The notes under the pieces are model-generated. The model did no database searches and was not told the DNA's origin. It saw nothing but the letters and a program-made list of their open reading frames with translations. DNA of 64,000 nucleotides from Azolla caroliniana (taxonomy: Eukaryota; Plantae; Polypodiophyta), in NCBI GenBank assembly GCA_043228905.1, contig JBHGNT010000016.1, positions 6,820,001-6,884,000 on the forward strand, read 5' to 3'. Numbering within the stretch: the first letter of the stretch is position 1; every line of letters starts with the position of its first letter. Below, one piece after another: positions 62,132 to 64,000 of this stretch. Position numbers and translations under genes: made by a program.

Positions 62132-62187
62132 AGAGGACTGCCAAGGCGTGGGGCCGCGACAGTCCGGATGCTCCGGGAAAACCCCAC
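62122..62187 (+). other. -1 programmed ribosomal frameshift signal (G GAT TTT plus H-type pseudoknot)
   Basis: Heptamer 62122-62128, 6-nt spacer, stem 1 GGACTG/CAGTCC, stem 2 GTGGGG/CCCCAC. Pol is open in the -1 frame. Confidence 0.8.
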
Positions 62188-64000
62188 ATTTGTACGATAA
62201 AACCGTGTACGACAGGTAGGGTATTTTGCTTCTCCGACAGCGGAGCGTGTACGATAGTCGGCATCGGCGGCCGAGAGAAGACAAAGGCGGAGGGGAGACT
62301 TCGAGCGTGCGGAGTTCTCGGCCCTGGCGAGGAAATCAGCGGAGCCGTGGAGGCGGTCTCATTCGACGACACCTTGGGGACGCTGGGAAAGGTGGTCGAA
62401 GAAGGCCTTAACGAAGACCGGACGATACCGGTGTGTTCCGAGGAGATGTACGGAGTCATCGCGGACTTCGGTCGAGGGCTCGAGTCAGTTCGGACGGCCC
62501 GCGTAGGCACCAAGTACAAGACTGTGGACCGGAAGGTAAGGCCAGTCGCGGCACCCCTACCGGAGGACAGCGCGTCAAGAATCAAAGGGGTTGCGTCGGA
62601 CCCTAGTCTATGAGATCCGGCCTGCATAGGACACACCTTCACCGACGAGACGCTCCGAGAGCTCAAAATCGGTGGGGGCGGGTTCCTACTGCCGGCGGAG
62701 GAAGACCAGTTTCGGGGAATGCTCGGAAGGCACGGGAAAGCCTTCGCATTCTCGCCGGAGGAAATCGGGTGCGTAGACCCGACGATCGTGGAGCCGATGG
62801 TGATATTCACGGTACCGCATGTACCATGGAATCTCAAGCCAATCCCGGTTCCGAGAGCTCACATCCCGAAGTTGATGGAGCTGCTGAGGCAGAAAGTTGA
62901 TATGGGAATTCTCGAGCCGTCGAGCGCCCCATATTCGAATCGATGGTTTACCGTACCGAAGAAAAACGGTTCGTTGCGCTTCATCCAGGACCTGCAGCCG
63001 GTCAATCGAGTGACCATTCGGAACGCAGGGATCGGACCGACCATAGACGAGTTCGCGGAGGCCTTCGCCGGAAGGTCAATTTACTCGGTCGGGGATCTAT
63101 ACTCAGGGTACGACCAGTTCCAGCTAGTCGTGGAGAGCAGAGACATTACGACGATGCGAACTCCCCTCGGCCTAGTTCGGATGTGTACACTGCCGCAAGG
63201 AGGGACCAACTCGGTGGCCCACATGGTGAATGCGATGAACAAGGTTCTGAGGGACTGTATCCCGGACATCACCATGCCGTTTCTGGATGACATCCCGATC
63301 AAGGGATGCCCGGTGGAAGAAAAGGACAAGACGATCGGGCCGGACGGATGCCGGCGATTCGTGGCGACGCACATCGACGACTGCGAGAAGGTGCTGCAAA
63401 GGCTAGAGGATGCGAGACTCACCTTCTCCGGGGAGAAGTCGGCCTTCGGGCAGTCAGAAATCATGGTGGTCGGACACCTGTGCGGACCATATGGCCGGAA
63501 ACCGTCTCCGGCAAAGGTAGAAGCCATCTCCGCGATGAAGCTCGACTGCAGCTCGGTCACGGAAGTACGGAGATTCCTGGGGGCATGCGCGTTCTACCAC
63601 ATATGGATCCCGCATTACGCGCACGTCGCGGAGCCACTGTACGGGTTGCTGAAAAAGGGGCGAAGGTTCGAATGGCTGGACGAGCACGCGGAATCGGTCC
63701 GGAAGCTGAAAGAGGCCCTTGCAGCGGCACCGGCACTCCGGAAGGCGGTATACGGGAAGGGCACCCCGGTATTCATAACGGTGGATACCAGTCCGACCGG
63801 GATCGGATGGGTCGTGAACCAGGAAGACGAGGACGGCAATCGGTTTCCGATCCGATTCGGCGCGAAAGTCCTCAGTGAACGACAGCGAGGATACGCCCAG
63901 GTTAAACGCGAACTCTGGGGTATTGTTTCGGCGGTTAAGGCCGACAAAGATTACCTGATAGGGACAGAAGTGATCATCGAGACGGATTGCCTGCCGATTC
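62125..64000 (+). pseudogene. Pol ORF2 (RT, start of RNase H) in the -1 frame, with one TGA at 62611
   Basis: Motifs YKTVDRKVRPV, DLYSGYDQF, LPQGGTNS, PFLDDIPIKG and VDTSPTGIGW. Confidence 0.9.

Larger units (their letters stand above)
59296..64000 (+). mobile_element. Near-intact autonomous-type Trp-primed Ty3/Gypsy element, running off the window
   Basis: 5' LTR 59296-59952, PBS 59957-59974, gag-PR, -1 frameshift signal, RT and start of RNase H. Left flank CCGG. Confidence 0.95.

Overview
Plant nuclear DNA, probably from a non-seed land plant such as a fern or lycophyte (inferred from a Tcn1-like chromovirus and abundant AC/AG microsatellites). Bases 1-9,200 are AT-rich gene space. They hold the last six exons of a CLC anion/H+ antiporter (+) and a convergent, apparently intronless orphan gene (-) encoding an S/P/H-rich protein with 5-6 copies of P-x-C-x-W-P-R. 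From about 9.2 kb to the end is a nested LTR-retrotransposon block: several Ty1/Copia elements, a self-priming chromovirus with heat-shock elements in its LTRs, a TRIM-like element, and many copies of one unusual Ty3/Gypsy family. That family has TGTCG...CGACA termini, a tRNA-Trp primer-binding site and 4-bp target duplications centred on CpG. It also has a GGATTTT -1 frameshift site with a covarying pseudoknot between Gag-PR and RT-RH-INT, a DHG protease motif, interchangeable LTR bodies, and non-autonomous partners carrying one long Gag-derived ORF. Everything was read by eye with no database searches, so novelty is unverified.
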